A stretch of DNA of 64,000 nucleotides from Candidatus Latescibacterota bacterium (GCA_965217865.1 CBDCJO010000002.1:1376001-1440000), one strand, 5' to 3'; shown: positions 30,591 to 41,797, counted from the stretch's first letter. Translations and numbers: made by a program. Notes: generated by a model from the sequence alone, not told the origin.

Positions 30591-32112
30591 TGCTGCCCTT
30601 CGACAGCATGTATCTATTCTGAGATAACAAGAGAAAAGCAGATAAAGGTCCAAGCAAGATTCAGGCAGCCTTGTGGATGGTCTGGGATGTTCTTTGCCGA
30701 TTGATTTCTATGCGGCGCTGCCGAGCCTCCTCCTTTCGACCTTGTCGGTGGTGAAGAATCTTTTGATGCTGGCCTTTATGCCTCTGAAGAGGCGTGACAT
30801 ACTGTATTGCCCCGTGATAGCGTTCGGCGTTGTAGCTGTGAATGAAGGAATCAATCAGGCCTTCCAGTTGATGGAATGTGAAGATGTCCTGGAAGCGCAG
30901 CCAGTCGTATTTGAATGTCCGGAAAAAGGCTTCGATCCAGGCGTTGTCCGTGGGTGTTTGATATCGGGCAAACAGCTGCGAGATGCCCAGGTCCTTGAAG
31001 AATTGGGCCATCGATTTGGCCTTCATCTGAGATCCGTGATCTGAGAGGGCTGTCAAGCTTATGGGCCCAGTGTCCAGGTCCAGCAGTCCTTCGTTGGCAA
31101 GGGCTTGATCCCAGGCCTGTTTGACCTGCTCCACGGTCGCGTTGAAGGAGAGCTTCCATCCTACGATCTTCCTGGAATACACGTCGAGAATGGCGGTAAA
31201 ATACAGGAACAAACCGAAAAATGGGATGTAGGTCAGGTCCCAGCTCCAGACCTGATTAGGACCTTCAGGTTTGACCTGGGGCTTGCTCTGCTTGACCGGC
31301 GTCCTCACCTGTTTCCTGCGTGCCAGACGTTCTTTCCTGGCCTGTCGGTAGAAGCTGGAGGCCGAGGCCTGCACTGCCCCCTTCTCTGAGGCTACCACCG
31401 CCAGCTGATGGGGAGGCAGATCGGCATAGGTCTCATCCCTTAAGAGGGCCGGGATTTGCTCTTTCTCCTCCCTCAGCAATCCGTGTGGGGCCTCATCAGG
31501 GGCGGGCCCGGGCTTCCTCATCCAAAAGCGGGTCCGACACCCCATCCAGCTTCTCTTCTCGATCTCGCCGGCTCCAGGCACAATACCGCTGGAGGGGAAG
31601 CTGTAGGATCTCGCAAGAACGGGTGAGTTTCACCCCTTTCTCCTTGGCCCGATGGACCATTAAGAGGATCTCGCGTTTGACCTCAGCTTGCACCCGGTGG
31701 CCCTTGATCGGGCCTGTCAGATCCCATTCACACTTTTTTTTAGCAGGGAAAGTTCCACAGATTGCTCAATGATCGTTTGCTCCAGGCGTGCCCGCTCTTT
31801 GCGCAGCTGCTCCACCTCCTCAGCCGATACCATCGGCTTGCGGCTCCGGCGACCCTTGAACTCCTTGAGGGCCCCGGACTTGACCGACTCACGAATACGC
31901 TTTAGATCCGAGGAATGAATGCCCCATTTCCGCAGCACCTGTGCAATGGGAACATCTCCCCGGCTGGCTTCAAGGAAAATCTCATACTTCTGTTCCGGGG
32001 ACAAGCTCCTGCGCTTCTTGACCGGGTCACTGTTTGAGGACAGTTGCTCCATCTTTACTCCTCCTGTGAGGTCAGGGATATCCCAAAATATGTATCCCTT
32101 CTCAACCCTACA
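30591..32112 (-). mobile_element. IS3-like element: orfA 31717..32052 with slippery A-tract, orfB with an extra frameshift
   Basis: HTH orfA ends in an A8G tract; orfB has WSWDLTY, SDHGSQM and DNAWIEAFF; element ends approximate. Confidence 0.85.
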
Positions 32113-32191
32113 GGCAACCAGGATCTTGCTTCGACCTTGCCCCCGTTTTTTCGGGCGATCTCAGACAAAAGATAGTTGGAGGAGGATCGGC

Positions 32192-33040
32192 ATGCCCAAC
32201 AGGAAGTACATCGTCCGTCTATGTTGCGATGAGCGGAAGCACTTGCAGGATCTGGTAAGCAAAGGCCGGACACAGGCCTACCGGATCCGACACGCACACA
32301 TTCTGATGAAGGCCGACGCGGATGGCCCTTGCTGGGGCGACGAAGCCATCGCCCAAGCGTTTTCGTGCCACAGACGCACCGCGGAAGGCATTCGCAAGCG
32401 CTTTGTGGTCCAAGGGCTCGACGCAGCCCTTGAGCGGAAGAAGCGGGAACGACCGCCCATCGAACCGATTCTGGACGGCGAAAAGGAAGCTCGCTTGATC
32501 GCCCTGGCCTGCAGCCAGCCGCCGAAAGGTCGTAGCCGCTGGACGCTGGAGTTGCTCGCCGACAAGCTGGTTGAACTCAACATCGTCGAGAGCATCTCCT
32601 ATCGGACCGTGCAACGGGCGCTCAAAAAAACGAACTCAAGCCCCATCTGAAAACGTGCTGGGTGATTCCGCCCAGGGAAAACGCCGCATTCGTAGCTTGC
32701 ATGGAGAATCTTCTGGATCTGTATCACCGGCCCTATGATCCGGAAAGGCCGCTTTTGGCCATGGACGAACACCCCGTGCAGTTGACCGGAGAGACACGCA
32801 TCCCGGTCCCGGAAAAACCGGGGCATCCCCGACGTTACGACTATGAGTATGAGCGTAACGGCACAGCCGCGAATTTCTTGTTCCTCGAGCCCCTGACCGG
32901 ACGTCGGAAGGTCCACGTCCGGGAACGCAGGACCGCCGTAGACTGGGCTTACGAGATCCAGGAGCTGCTTGAGGTGGACTACCCGGATGCGCAAGTCGTG
33001 GTGCTGGTCTGCGACAACCTCAGCACTCACACCATCGCAT
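32192..33040 (+). mobile_element. IS630-family transposase (orfA/orfB frameshift), 3' truncated
   Basis: PPKGRSRWTLELLA, CTCAAAAAAACG shift site, MDEHP, YERNGT and VCDNLSTH. Confidence 0.88.
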
Positions 33041-33043
33041 CTT

Positions 33044-33290
33044 CGTCCAGGGCCGGAGTTTCCGAATCCGCCGACCGGATAGCCCCGCGCAACGTTTTTG
33101 CCTCCACTTTTTCTTGGAAGGAGGCCCCATGTGGTTTCCGCAAACGAGATGGCCCCCTTGCCCCGGAATCGCCCACAGGGCATCGGATTCTCCCCGTGTG
33201 CGACTTTATTCAGGAATCCGGGCAAATGTGCGGAACCTTCAGAAAAGCGACCGTGGGGGGGTATATGGGATAGTGGAGCGGGACAGTGGG
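33044..33290 (-). repeat. Dispersed repeat, copy B
   Basis: Reverse complement of 9155..9445. Confidence 0.85.
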
Positions 33291-33485
33291 CGACGCTCGC
33301 CGAAGAACGCTTGCCCTTCAGTATCCTGACGGCAATCACCACAAAAGTAATAGCCGAGCCTCATCGAACGCAGCTTCGTCGAGGAGCGACGCTGAACCGG
33401 TTGCGTGAAACTCACAGGACCTCCGGTTCTCTCCATCCGTGGATGCTGTAGCCCATCCGTGACCGTTCAAGAAAGGAGTCCGACC

Positions 33486-33956
33486 GTGAAGAAGAGCGTT
33501 TACCTGGCAAACCCCTACGGGTTTTCACAGCAGCAGAAACACGGGCTGCTTCCCGCCTTTGTAGAGGCGATCGGTTCGCTGGGAGCGGAGGTGTGGGAGC
33601 CCTTTCAGCGAAACAATCAGATCGGCTTCACCGCGTCCGGATGGGCATACAAGGTGGGACAGGCTGACCTGAAGGACGTTGTCGAGGCGGACGGTATTTT
33701 TGCGATCGTGAACGGCACCCCGCCCGACGAAGGCGTCATGGTAGAACTCGGCGTCGCGATCGGCCTCGGGAAGAAGACCTTCCTCTTCCGTGACGATTTA
33801 AGAAGATGTACAGACTCCGAAGTCTATCCCCTGAACCTCATGCTCTTCACCGGTCTCCCTGAATGGGGGTGGGAAGATTACTACTATACGTCTGTGAGGG
33901 AAATCTCTTCTCCGAAGAAGGCGCTGGCCCGGTGGCTGCGTGGTGAACTCGACTGA
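33486..33956 (+). CDS. Nucleoside 2-deoxyribosyltransferase-family protein
   Basis: AAGGAG RBS and GTG start; VYLANPYGFS, PDEGVMVELG and NLML motifs. Confidence 0.88.
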   Translation: MKKSVYLANPYGFSQQQKHGLLPAFVEAIGSLGAEVWEPFQRNNQIGFTASGWAYKVGQADLKDVVEADGIFAIVNGTPPDEGVMVELGVAIGLGKKTFLFRDDLRRCTDSEVYPLNLMLFTGLPEWGWEDYYYTSVREISSPKKALARWLRGELD

Positions 33957-34025
33957 CCTCATACGAGACGCTATGGATGCCGAATGTTTACCTCGATGTC
34001 TCGCGATACTCGTCTGGCGCTCTAG

Positions 34026-35551
34026 CAGCCTGTTGAAAAAGTGCGTTTATGCCAAGATGACTGTTGTCTTTCCTTGTGGTTTGGTCCTATGATATATCAG
34101 GTTCAAACTGAGAAGGGAGGACGAGCAAATGGCAATGGGAAAACGAGGACGACAGAGACAGGAAAACCTGTTCATCGCATCGAACACTTTGGTGAAATCT
34201 CCGGGTCATCCGTTCTACGAGAAGCTGAATCAGGTATTGGGGGCGAACGGCTTCGACGAGTTCGTCGAGGGGCTTTGCCAGCGGTATTACGCTCCTCATA
34301 TGGGTCGCAAGGGCATTCCGCCCGGGGTTTATTTTCGGATGCTTTTGATTGGGTATTTCGAGGGACTTGATTCGGAACGTGGGATCGAATGGCGTGTATC
34401 TGACTCGCTGACGTTGCGCCGGTTTTTGGGGTATGCCCTTGACGAACAGACCCCGGATCATTCCAGCCTGTCTCGCATCCGGCATCGGCTTCCCTTGGAA
34501 GTTCACGAAGCGGTTTTCAAGTGGATCCTGAGGGTCTTGTGCAAAGCGGGTCTGGTGAAGGGGAAGACGTTGGGCGTGGATGCTACGACACTGGAGGCCA
34601 ACGCCGCGATGCGCAGCATTGTACGCCGTGACACGGGTGAAGGCTACCAGGCATTCCTTGAGAATCTGGCCAAGGCCTCGGGCATTGAAACGCCTACCCG
34701 CGAGGACTTGTCCAAGATCGATAAGAAGCGACCGAAGAAGGGATCGAACCAGGACTGGGAGCACCCGCACGACCCGGATGCCAAGATCGCTAAGATGAAG
34801 GACGGTCGCACGCACATGGCGCACAAGGTGGAGCACGCGGTGGATCTGGACACCAATGCCATTGTGGCAGTGGCGTTGTCGGGAGCAGATGAAGGAGATA
34901 CCGAGTCGTTGCCCTGGACGCTGCTCGAGGCGCAGCTCAATCTCAAGCAGGTCGCGAAGGACGAAAAAGCTGCTAAGCGTTTGCACAGACAGCGTATACG
35001 GGAGGTGGTTGCGGACAAAGGATATCATAGCAACGATGTATTGACCAGTCTGAAGCAAGGCGGCATCCGGAGTTACATTTCAGAACCGGATCGGGGACGC
35101 CGCAAGTGGAACGGCCGACGAGATGAGCAGGCCGCGGTATATGCGAATCGACGCCGGATCAAGGGAGATCGCGGCAAGGCCTTGCGCCGAAGTCGTGCAG
35201 AACGGGTGGAAAGAACCATCGCTCACACATATGATACCGGTGGCATGCGCAGGTTGCACTTGAGAGACCGCGGCAATATCCTCAAGCGTTTGCTGATCCA
35301 CATCGGGGGCTGCAACCTGGCTCTGCTCATGCGCAAAGTGATGGGCGTAGGTACTCCGAAGGCCCTCCAGGACCTGGCCAAGGCCTTGCAGCGTCTACTG
35401 CTCGTCCTACAATCACGTTTGCTGCCCTCGGTCACCTTTTTAACCTCTTATCAGCGTCTCCTGCTCAATCTCCTTACCTTGATTTATCTGACCCGCACTC
35501 CAGGCGTCTTTTCCGTTTATGTGCGTTGAAAGGTAGTTCTTCAACGGGCTG
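34026..35551 (+). mobile_element. IS1182-like element, copy 3
   Basis: Both TIRs present; TSD CTAG. Confidence 0.93.
34129..35529 (+). CDS. DDE transposase (IS1182-like)
   Basis: Near-identical to the other copies. Confidence 0.92.
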   Translation: MAMGKRGRQRQENLFIASNTLVKSPGHPFYEKLNQVLGANGFDEFVEGLCQRYYAPHMGRKGIPPGVYFRMLLIGYFEGLDSERGIEWRVSDSLTLRRFLGYALDEQTPDHSSLSRIRHRLPLEVHEAVFKWILRVLCKAGLVKGKTLGVDATTLEANAAMRSIVRRDTGEGYQAFLENLAKASGIETPTREDLSKIDKKRPKKGSNQDWEHPHDPDAKIAKMKDGRTHMAHKVEHAVDLDTNAIVAVALSGADEGDTESLPWTLLEAQLNLKQVAKDEKAAKRLHRQRIREVVADKGYHSNDVLTSLKQGGIRSYISEPDRGRRKWNGRRDEQAAVYANRRRIKGDRGKALRRSRAERVERTIAHTYDTGGMRRLHLRDRGNILKRLLIHIGGCNLALLMRKVMGVGTPKALQDLAKALQRLLLVLQSRLLPSVTFLTSYQRLLLNLLTLIYLTRTPGVFSVYVR

Positions 35552-35556
35552 CTAGT

Positions 35557-37388
35557 CCTAAAATAAGCGAATAGGCTTGTTGAGCGGTGTGTTATACAAG
35601 ATTTCGGAGCATTTCAGACTTGTGACTTGGTGGAGATGATGTCTGGGCTGTTTTTGTGATTGTTTCGGCATGCGATTGTCTAATTAACTGAGTTTGCGGA
35701 CGTGTTTTAGCCGGGGTGGACGGACTTGTCCCTGTGATGTTACGACGACAGGTGCTGACATGGCAGTCAGGCCGGTTTGAGCCATCTGATTCTGTTCCAG
35801 GCCGGGAAGAAGTCAGTCATCCACCGGTTGTAGCCCAAGACACGATAGATGATCTGTCTTCCCCGGGTCACGATCTGGCAGGGGATCCAGATCAGATTCT
35901 GGAGGAAGGCGCGAAACTCCATTCTCAGAAGTTGATCGCGACGCTCACGCTTTCGGATCATCAACGCGAACCAGGCTTTGAGGTTCCACGCCAGGGCGGT
36001 CATGACCATGTAAGCCCAGTTGCTCATCAGGTTGTCGACGGGCATCCGCATGGCGTTGACCCCGTTCTTGAGTTGTTCAATCACGTTTTCCTGATCGCAC
36101 CGTCGATTGGCCAGCCTCACGATTTCCGCGGCCGTAAGATCTTTGCGGGTGGTAATGTAGAAGAAATAGCGCTTGTCATCGAACAGGGCGTTTTCGCCGC
36201 GTTCGACGCTCAGGTTCTTTTCGAGGATCACGAGTCGATAGGTCTTCTTGCATCGAGCAGGACGATACGAAACCCCGGCAACACGTTCACTGGCAAGTCG
36301 GATGTTTTTGAAGCCGCGCTCCCGGATGATCCGGGCTTTCACGTTCTCGCGTTTCTGTCTCTGGGAGGTCTTGACCTGGTATTTGGGTTGTCGTTCAAAG
36401 GGCTCCCAATCGCTCTGTGACAGGGATTTGGCGATCTTGACCAATCCTCTGTAAGCATCCATGCCGAAGACGAAGTCGACCTTTTCCGACCAACGATCGA
36501 AGTGCCGGGTGAGTGAGAAGCCGGTGTCTCCGCGCAGGCAGATGCGTTTGGCGAAAGGGGCGACCAGCGCGATGGCGCGATCGATCCACTTTACGGCACC
36601 GTCGTGGCTGGGCACATTGCCGGGTCGATTCACAAGAAACAACACCTCCCTGGTGTTCGCCAGAGAGACCACGAGAGGATGGTATCCCCAGATACCGTTG
36701 TATGACAGGGCCATGCCCTGCTTGCGTTCTCCGAGAGTGGTGGCCAGGGTGCCGTCGATGTCGATGAGGGCTTCTTTGAGTTCGCCCCTGGCGCGCTTTT
36801 TCCAGATCCGGGTGCGCACCCGGTTGATGCAATCCATCAACGTCTCGATATCCGATGGCCGGAAACGACGTGTAAAGTCGCCTGCTGTGGTCGGATCCGG
36901 GAGACGCTGAGCGCCCAAAGCGTTCAGGAACGTGGCATCCTGCCGGCGCAGTTCAATGTCTTCAAGGCGTTGACCACCAACCAGCGCATTGTAGGCGATG
37001 TTCAGAACGTGGTCTGATTCGTGATAGGGCAAATGCACTTTCAAAAGATGAAGATGACGGTCAATCTCTTTCACCAGCCCAACCCTGCGGACCAGGTGGT
37101 GAAACGCGCCGATCCCCCCACACGTGATCGCCTCGGCCTTCCCACTCATCTCGTAGTGGATGTTTCCCCCAGACATCATAGGCTTGACCTGACTGCACCA
37201 CTGCTTCCGACGCAAACGACGGACAATTCGTGCTTCCCTGTTCCGAAGAATCTTCCTGTATTCTCTCATCTGAAATGCCCCTTTTTGATGGCCTCTTTTT
37301 GTCTTTCATACTACAACTATAGGCCTGAAAACTGGGGCATTTCAACTTTTTTCTACTAAAACCAAGAAAAATTCACGCTTGTATAGGG
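35557..37388 (-). mobile_element. IS1380-family element, copy 2
   Basis: 6-bp TSD GCTAGT; inserted into the CTAG flanking IS1182-like copy 3. Confidence 0.93.
35767..37269 (-). CDS. IS1380-family transposase
   Basis: Full-length 500-aa DDE protein. Confidence 0.92.
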   Translation of the reverse strand: MREYRKILRNREARIVRRLRRKQWCSQVKPMMSGGNIHYEMSGKAEAITCGGIGAFHHLVRRVGLVKEIDRHLHLLKVHLPYHESDHVLNIAYNALVGGQRLEDIELRRQDATFLNALGAQRLPDPTTAGDFTRRFRPSDIETLMDCINRVRTRIWKKRARGELKEALIDIDGTLATTLGERKQGMALSYNGIWGYHPLVVSLANTREVLFLVNRPGNVPSHDGAVKWIDRAIALVAPFAKRICLRGDTGFSLTRHFDRWSEKVDFVFGMDAYRGLVKIAKSLSQSDWEPFERQPKYQVKTSQRQKRENVKARIIRERGFKNIRLASERVAGVSYRPARCKKTYRLVILEKNLSVERGENALFDDKRYFFYITTRKDLTAAEIVRLANRRCDQENVIEQLKNGVNAMRMPVDNLMSNWAYMVMTALAWNLKAWFALMIRKRERRDQLLRMEFRAFLQNLIWIPCQIVTRGRQIIYRVLGYNRWMTDFFPAWNRIRWLKPA

Positions 37389-37415
37389 GCTAGTCTCACG
37401 AAAAAGCTCCAATGC

Positions 37416-38140
37416 GGTCAAGTCTTAAGCGTCCTGCAAAATGCAAGCCTTCAACTGGAGGTCCAGTGAGGTTCACGCAACGGCTACCATTTCAGCCGGT
37501 GGTGCGATCTGTCGTTCCTCATAGAGCAGCTGGAGCTGGAGCAGTTCGGTGGACGTGATGTTGATATTCTGCCACCTGGCAGCGGCACGGATGAGAACAG
37601 CATAGACGAGCTTCAGGCAACTCTTTTCGGAGAAGAATCGCGGCAATGTTTTGGTTCGGCGGCGTTCCTCGACAAAGCTGCGTTCGATCAGGTTGGTAGT
37701 GCGGGCGAACTTCCGGAGTCGCCAGGGAAGCTGGAGGTGTGCGAGGAGAGCTTCGAGGTCCTCCGTGAGACACTTGCACAGACCGGGGAACTCCTTGCTG
37801 AACTTCTCCAGAAACTCTCGCACCGCACTTTGGCCGGCCTGAAGATCCGGGGCGTCACGAATCATCACCAGATACGGCTTGATCTCATGCCAGCGCGCAT
37901 CGGGCACCTTGGCTGCAAAGTTGCGCATCCGATGCACCCAGCAGCGTCGAAGCGGCTCGTACAGGCCGTCCAGGAACAGGCACAGGAGAGGAAAGTCGCT
38001 GAGATCGCGTTCCTGGAAGGCCTGGTATTGTTCCCAAAGGACTTCGGTGACTTCGCTGACCTTGCTGCGGCTAAGCAGGCAACGCCCCTGCTCATCAGTG
38101 AAGGCGTCCTCGATGTCCCGGGTAGGCAGTCCACGCGCAT
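37416..38140 (-). mobile_element. IS256 3' partial copy with internal deletion
   Basis: Matches 25609 to about 26565 apart from a deletion of about 230 bp near 37948. Confidence 0.88.
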
Positions 38141-38311
38141 CGGGTCTGCCTCCAGCTCATCACGCCAGCGCCGGATCGCCCCCTGGTATAATCCCAGGTC
38201 CCGTTCTATCTGCCGGTCCGTCTTTCCACTGGTGTCAGCCAGACGCACCGACTCTCTCTTGAACTCAGAATCATACCGCTTTCCCGGATGTGAAGTTCCT
38301 TGACCTTTCAT
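38140..38311 (-). mobile_element. IS3-family orfA 5' fragment
   Basis: KRYDSEFKRESVRL...QIERDLGL...IRRW; AGGAGG RBS. Confidence 0.8.
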
Positions 38312-38505
38312 AGACACACCTCCTATACCTACAAAATATACTACCTCTTGGTGTGTCCACGGGCAGTGCTTTGCTTGCCGAGCTTGAATCGCACCTGGCG
38401 AGAAGTCGTCAACGGAGTGTCCAAAAACTTCCCCGAATGGTAGAACGGACATGAGTGTTTTCCCTCCACAAGAAAAGCGGGTTGTAAACGTCGCCAGTAA
38501 GCGCT

Positions 38506-39144
38506 GTGTGGCGCGTTCTGGCGCATGGTAATGCCGAGGCTTTAGCTGAACGGATTCTTGACTATCCCATTGAGCGCGAACGAGCCAGAAGCGATTTATC
38601 GAAAGATCCGGAAAGCGATTTAGACCACGCCTTTCAAACGATTCTTCGCAACCGAGTGCAAAGGGGCGGTATCATGGCACCGGGAGCCAGCCTAATGAAA
38701 TCGGGCGAGAATGGAGCTGGCATCGCCTCAAGGTGGTATCCGGAAACACTCGCGAGACGAATTAGGGATATCTCCCGACACCGAGACCGACTGACTTTCT
38801 GTTCTGGTGATGCTTTCGATCTGATTCCAAAGCATCTGCGGCAAAAACGAACGGCGTTCTTTGTCGATCCTCCCTATACAGCCAGCACTAAACGAGCAGG
38901 GAAGCGGCTGTATGGTCACAACGACGTTGACCATGATAGACTGTTTGACTTGATGGCAAAGGCCCACGGCCGGGCGATGCTCACCTACGACGACGCACCA
39001 GAAGTCAGGGCGCTGGCTGACGGTCACGGATTCCATATTGACGAAGTGCCGATGAAGAACACCCACAACAGAAATATGTTCGAGTTGGCGATTACCAATT
39101 ACGTGGCAAGGCGTTTCGTCCGGCGGGCGACGTGCACCTTATAG
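38506..39144 (+). pseudogene. Dam/D12-class DNA adenine methyltransferase, 5' truncated
   Basis: FFVDPPY catalytic motif and MLTYDD; the SAM-binding N-terminus is missing. Confidence 0.8.
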
Positions 39145-39185
39145 ATGGGCTGCTGCTGCCGCTCTGGTCGACAAAATAGGTTCTA

Positions 39186-39300
39186 ATGATCCAAAACAAC
39201 AACATTACATTCCAAAGTTTTTTCTCAAAAACTTTTGTGATGATCAGGGCTTACTTTGGATAGGTGATAGGATCAGAGGAACGGTTTTCAATTCGTCACC
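39186..39300 (+). pseudogene. DUF4238-domain N-terminal fragment
   Basis: Manual translation PKQQHYIPKFFLKNF. Confidence 0.55.
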
Positions 39301-39525
39301 CAATGTGCTTTATGAGCAGCAATTGACATGAAAAGAAGGTTTCTATAAGGTATCCAACCTTCGTAACTATTAGATTCATAATCTTGTCTTGTTAATTGCG
39401 TGTCGCTGTAAAAGACACTTCTATAAAATCTGAAAAAGGAAGCAAGGTTGATATAGTTTTAGGTAATTAGGAAGATATTGGTACGAGATTCACCAGATAT
39501 GAAGCAATAATTAGTTTGAAGGAAA

Positions 39526-39759
39526 TTAGGAAAAAGCCTCTTTCTGGTTTGCCCATGCTGTTACCCAAACGGGCACTTCTCTCGATTTGACTTCGCCGAC
39601 GCCTTCGACCATGTGCTTCCAAGCCGCAACGTCGTCCATCGAGGAGATAAAACCTTCGACGAATAACTCCAGTTCCTCCTCGGTATAAGGTGTCTTTCTA
39701 TCATTCCTGGAATCGATCCAGTTAGGCTCCCCACAACGTTTCTCAGGATCTTGTGTCAT
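39526..39759 (-). CDS. Hypothetical protein (possibly truncated)
   Basis: GAGG RBS and protein-like composition; no family recognised. Confidence 0.4.
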   Translation of the reverse strand: MTQDPEKRCGEPNWIDSRNDRKTPYTEEELELFVEGFISSMDDVAAWKHMVEGVGEVKSREVPVWVTAWANQKEAFS

Positions 39760-39849
39760 GTCTGTCCTCTCTCAATTCCGTCTTTGCCCTTACGGATTGC
39801 ATCTCCTTTGTCAAACTCAAACCAGTTGACCGATTGCTTCCGCCGGGCC

Positions 39850-40271
39850 TTATGAATGATGCGCGAAGATCAGATCTGTCTCATTGAGCTTGGCAAGCAG
39901 ATCCTTCCGCTTCGTGGCCAGGACTTTCAAACGTCTTCGCTTATATGGGGCAACCTGCTTATCTTCACGATGGTTTTCCAGATAGGCGGTAAAGGAGAGG
40001 ACCGGCCAGAATGGGCCATTTCTGCAGGATTTGTGGTCGTTCTCAACCTAACGAGAAGTTCAAAGGCAAAGGTCATCGGGCTCATGTCTGTAAGGACTGT
40101 GCACGTATGCCCAAAGGAGGATCGCGAGGCTATCGAACAGGAAAACGAGATCTTTGGTTTCCTTACTCAGTCGCACATCTCGTCTAAGAACGTTTCCCGA
40201 CTCAGGAAGCTCGCATCCTCGCAGAATGACAGGATTTCGGAATTGGCTGACATAGTTCTGGAAGTTGAGCA
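39850..40271. pseudogene. CxxC...CxxC zinc-ribbon hypothetical gene split by an internal inversion
   Basis: N-part on + (MGHFCRICGR...VCKDC...DIVLEV, 40011..40271, one frameshift); C-part on - (QVAPYKRRRLKVL...IFAHHS*, 39850..39959). Confidence 0.65.
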
Positions 40272-40346
40272 TGTGCAAATCGGGGGGGGAAGGGATGTTG
40301 GTTTTGTTCCCCTATACTTCCCGTTTCACACAAAATACAACATGGC

Positions 40347-40423
40347 GCTTAACGGTTAACAATTCACGACAGTCCCGAAGGGATGTGCCGGAGCCAAGCG
40401 CCGAATGGCGCGCAGCGTTGTAT
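40347..40423 (-). other. Degenerate attC-like site
   Basis: On the - strand ATACAAC...CCGTTAAGC follows the stop of a VOC-like gene fragment; inner arms pair poorly. Confidence 0.3.
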
Positions 40424-40591
40424 TGCACCTTTCATCCTGCTTCTGGTTCAGATCCAAAACGCAATACATGACCATCCGGATCTTCAACATTGACTTCCAA
40501 CGCCCATGGCCTGTACAGAAATAATCCGTATTTTTTTCTCACGATAGGTGATGATACCTGACCAGTGTTCTAAAGACAGTGAGTTGCCCGT

Positions 40592-41089
40592 CTAAACCGA
40601 ATCGCACACACTGAGCTCTTGGAAAACCATCCTGGGTTTCTTGTACTCGAGATATGAAAGCCGGACTTCGTTCAAGATGAACGACAGGTCATAAGGCGAT
40701 ATGTCCTGATTTACGAGCCGCGACCTGGCTTGGAGAATGAGTTCATCCATCGAACCGGTAACAGAACGGTTAAGTGCTTTCGAGAAAGAGATGTTACCCA
40801 TTGCCGGGGTGATGAGTCTCTGATAAATGAGCTTGTTCCCGTCATCCTGAATGAACTCTCCCATGTAGCTCGTAAGTCGATCCAGGAGTTGGAAGTCAGT
40901 GGTAATACCTCTTCCAAACATCACCATCGAATACATGGAGACGGTGTTCGAGATGAGAATGTACTGGGCGCGATCGGCGGTGAACAGATGGGTGGACCAA
41001 TCGGCAAAGGGGTTTGGGTCGACAGGCAAGGATGTTTCGCAAGCAAAGTGAATCTTCTTCTGCATCTTGGTTGAGATTCGGAAAATCAT
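40592..41089 (-). CDS. DUF6933-like hypothetical protein
   Basis: MIFRISTKMQKKI...FADWSTHLF...NRSVTGSMDEL. Confidence 0.65.
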   Translation of the reverse strand: MIFRISTKMQKKIHFACETSLPVDPNPFADWSTHLFTADRAQYILISNTVSMYSMVMFGRGITTDFQLLDRLTSYMGEFIQDDGNKLIYQRLITPAMGNISFSKALNRSVTGSMDELILQARSRLVNQDISPYDLSFILNEVRLSYLEYKKPRMVFQELSVCDSV

Positions 41090-41140
41090 GCTTTCTTCAG
41101 GCTTGTAGATTCGCCTCGCTGTTGTTGAGGCTGGCATTTC

Positions 41141-41220
41141 CGATAACGATTTCCGCCGTGCGCGAACAGGTTGGGTCGAAGGGAGCGAATCGACCGGACC
41201 CGGGCACGGTCGTGTTAACT
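41141..41220 (-). other. attC-like site
   Basis: On the - strand GTTAAC-ACGACCGTGC...GCACGGCG-GAAATC-GTTATCG, with inner GGTCGA/TCGACC pairing, upstream of the DUF6933 gene. Confidence 0.45.
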
Positions 41221-41422
41221 GCTGTGCCGCTTCTTGATCTTGGGAAGGAGTAGGGTGGCAGAGTCAACGGTTTGTTTCCATTTATCATGCTGACCATCCA
41301 CCCGTAGAGACGATTCACTCAAACGACGCGCGCTCCCAACTTGCAGAAATTGGGAGCGCAGGATTACGCGCGTTAAGTGTCCCTCTTGATCAAGAGTCGT
41401 AACTGTCTATCACGTCCAATCT

Positions 41423-41797
41423 TCAGACGAATTTCTCAACGGATATCCTGAATAGCTTCGCAAGCTTCCGAGCAGTCTTCAGGCTGATCGCCCTGGTTCC
41501 TCTCTCCATATTTGATATGTGTTGACGAGGAATGCCCCCAAGCATCTCTCCTAGCTTGGCCTGAGTCAAACCGTGATTCTCACGGTAGATCCGTAGGTTT
41601 TCGCCCGGCTTCGTGCTTGTTTTGATTTCCCGGTACCAGTCGGTCTCGAAGATATTGACGGTCTCTTCGTCGCTCTCTTCCTCTTCCGAGAGCTTAATTT
41701 TCTCGCCATACCCTTCTTCCAGGACGGAAAGCAGCTTCTTCGGAATCTCTCCAGTGATCTTGATCTCAATACGGGGCGTCTTCACGACTGCCTGCAT
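41423..41797 (-). CDS. XRE-family HTH antitoxin (HigA-like)
   Basis: LRIYRENHGLTQAKLG...ISNMERGTRAIS. Confidence 0.88.
   Translation of the reverse strand: MQAVVKTPRIEIKITGEIPKKLLSVLEEGYGEKIKLSEEEESDEETVNIFETDWYREIKTSTKPGENLRIYRENHGLTQAKLGEMLGGIPRQHISNMERGTRAISLKTARKLAKLFRISVEKFV

Noticed and set aside
31717-31719. TGA ending IS3-like orfA as a possible read-through codon
   Set aside because: The upstream A8G tract and orfB in the -1 frame fit ordinary programmed frameshifting.
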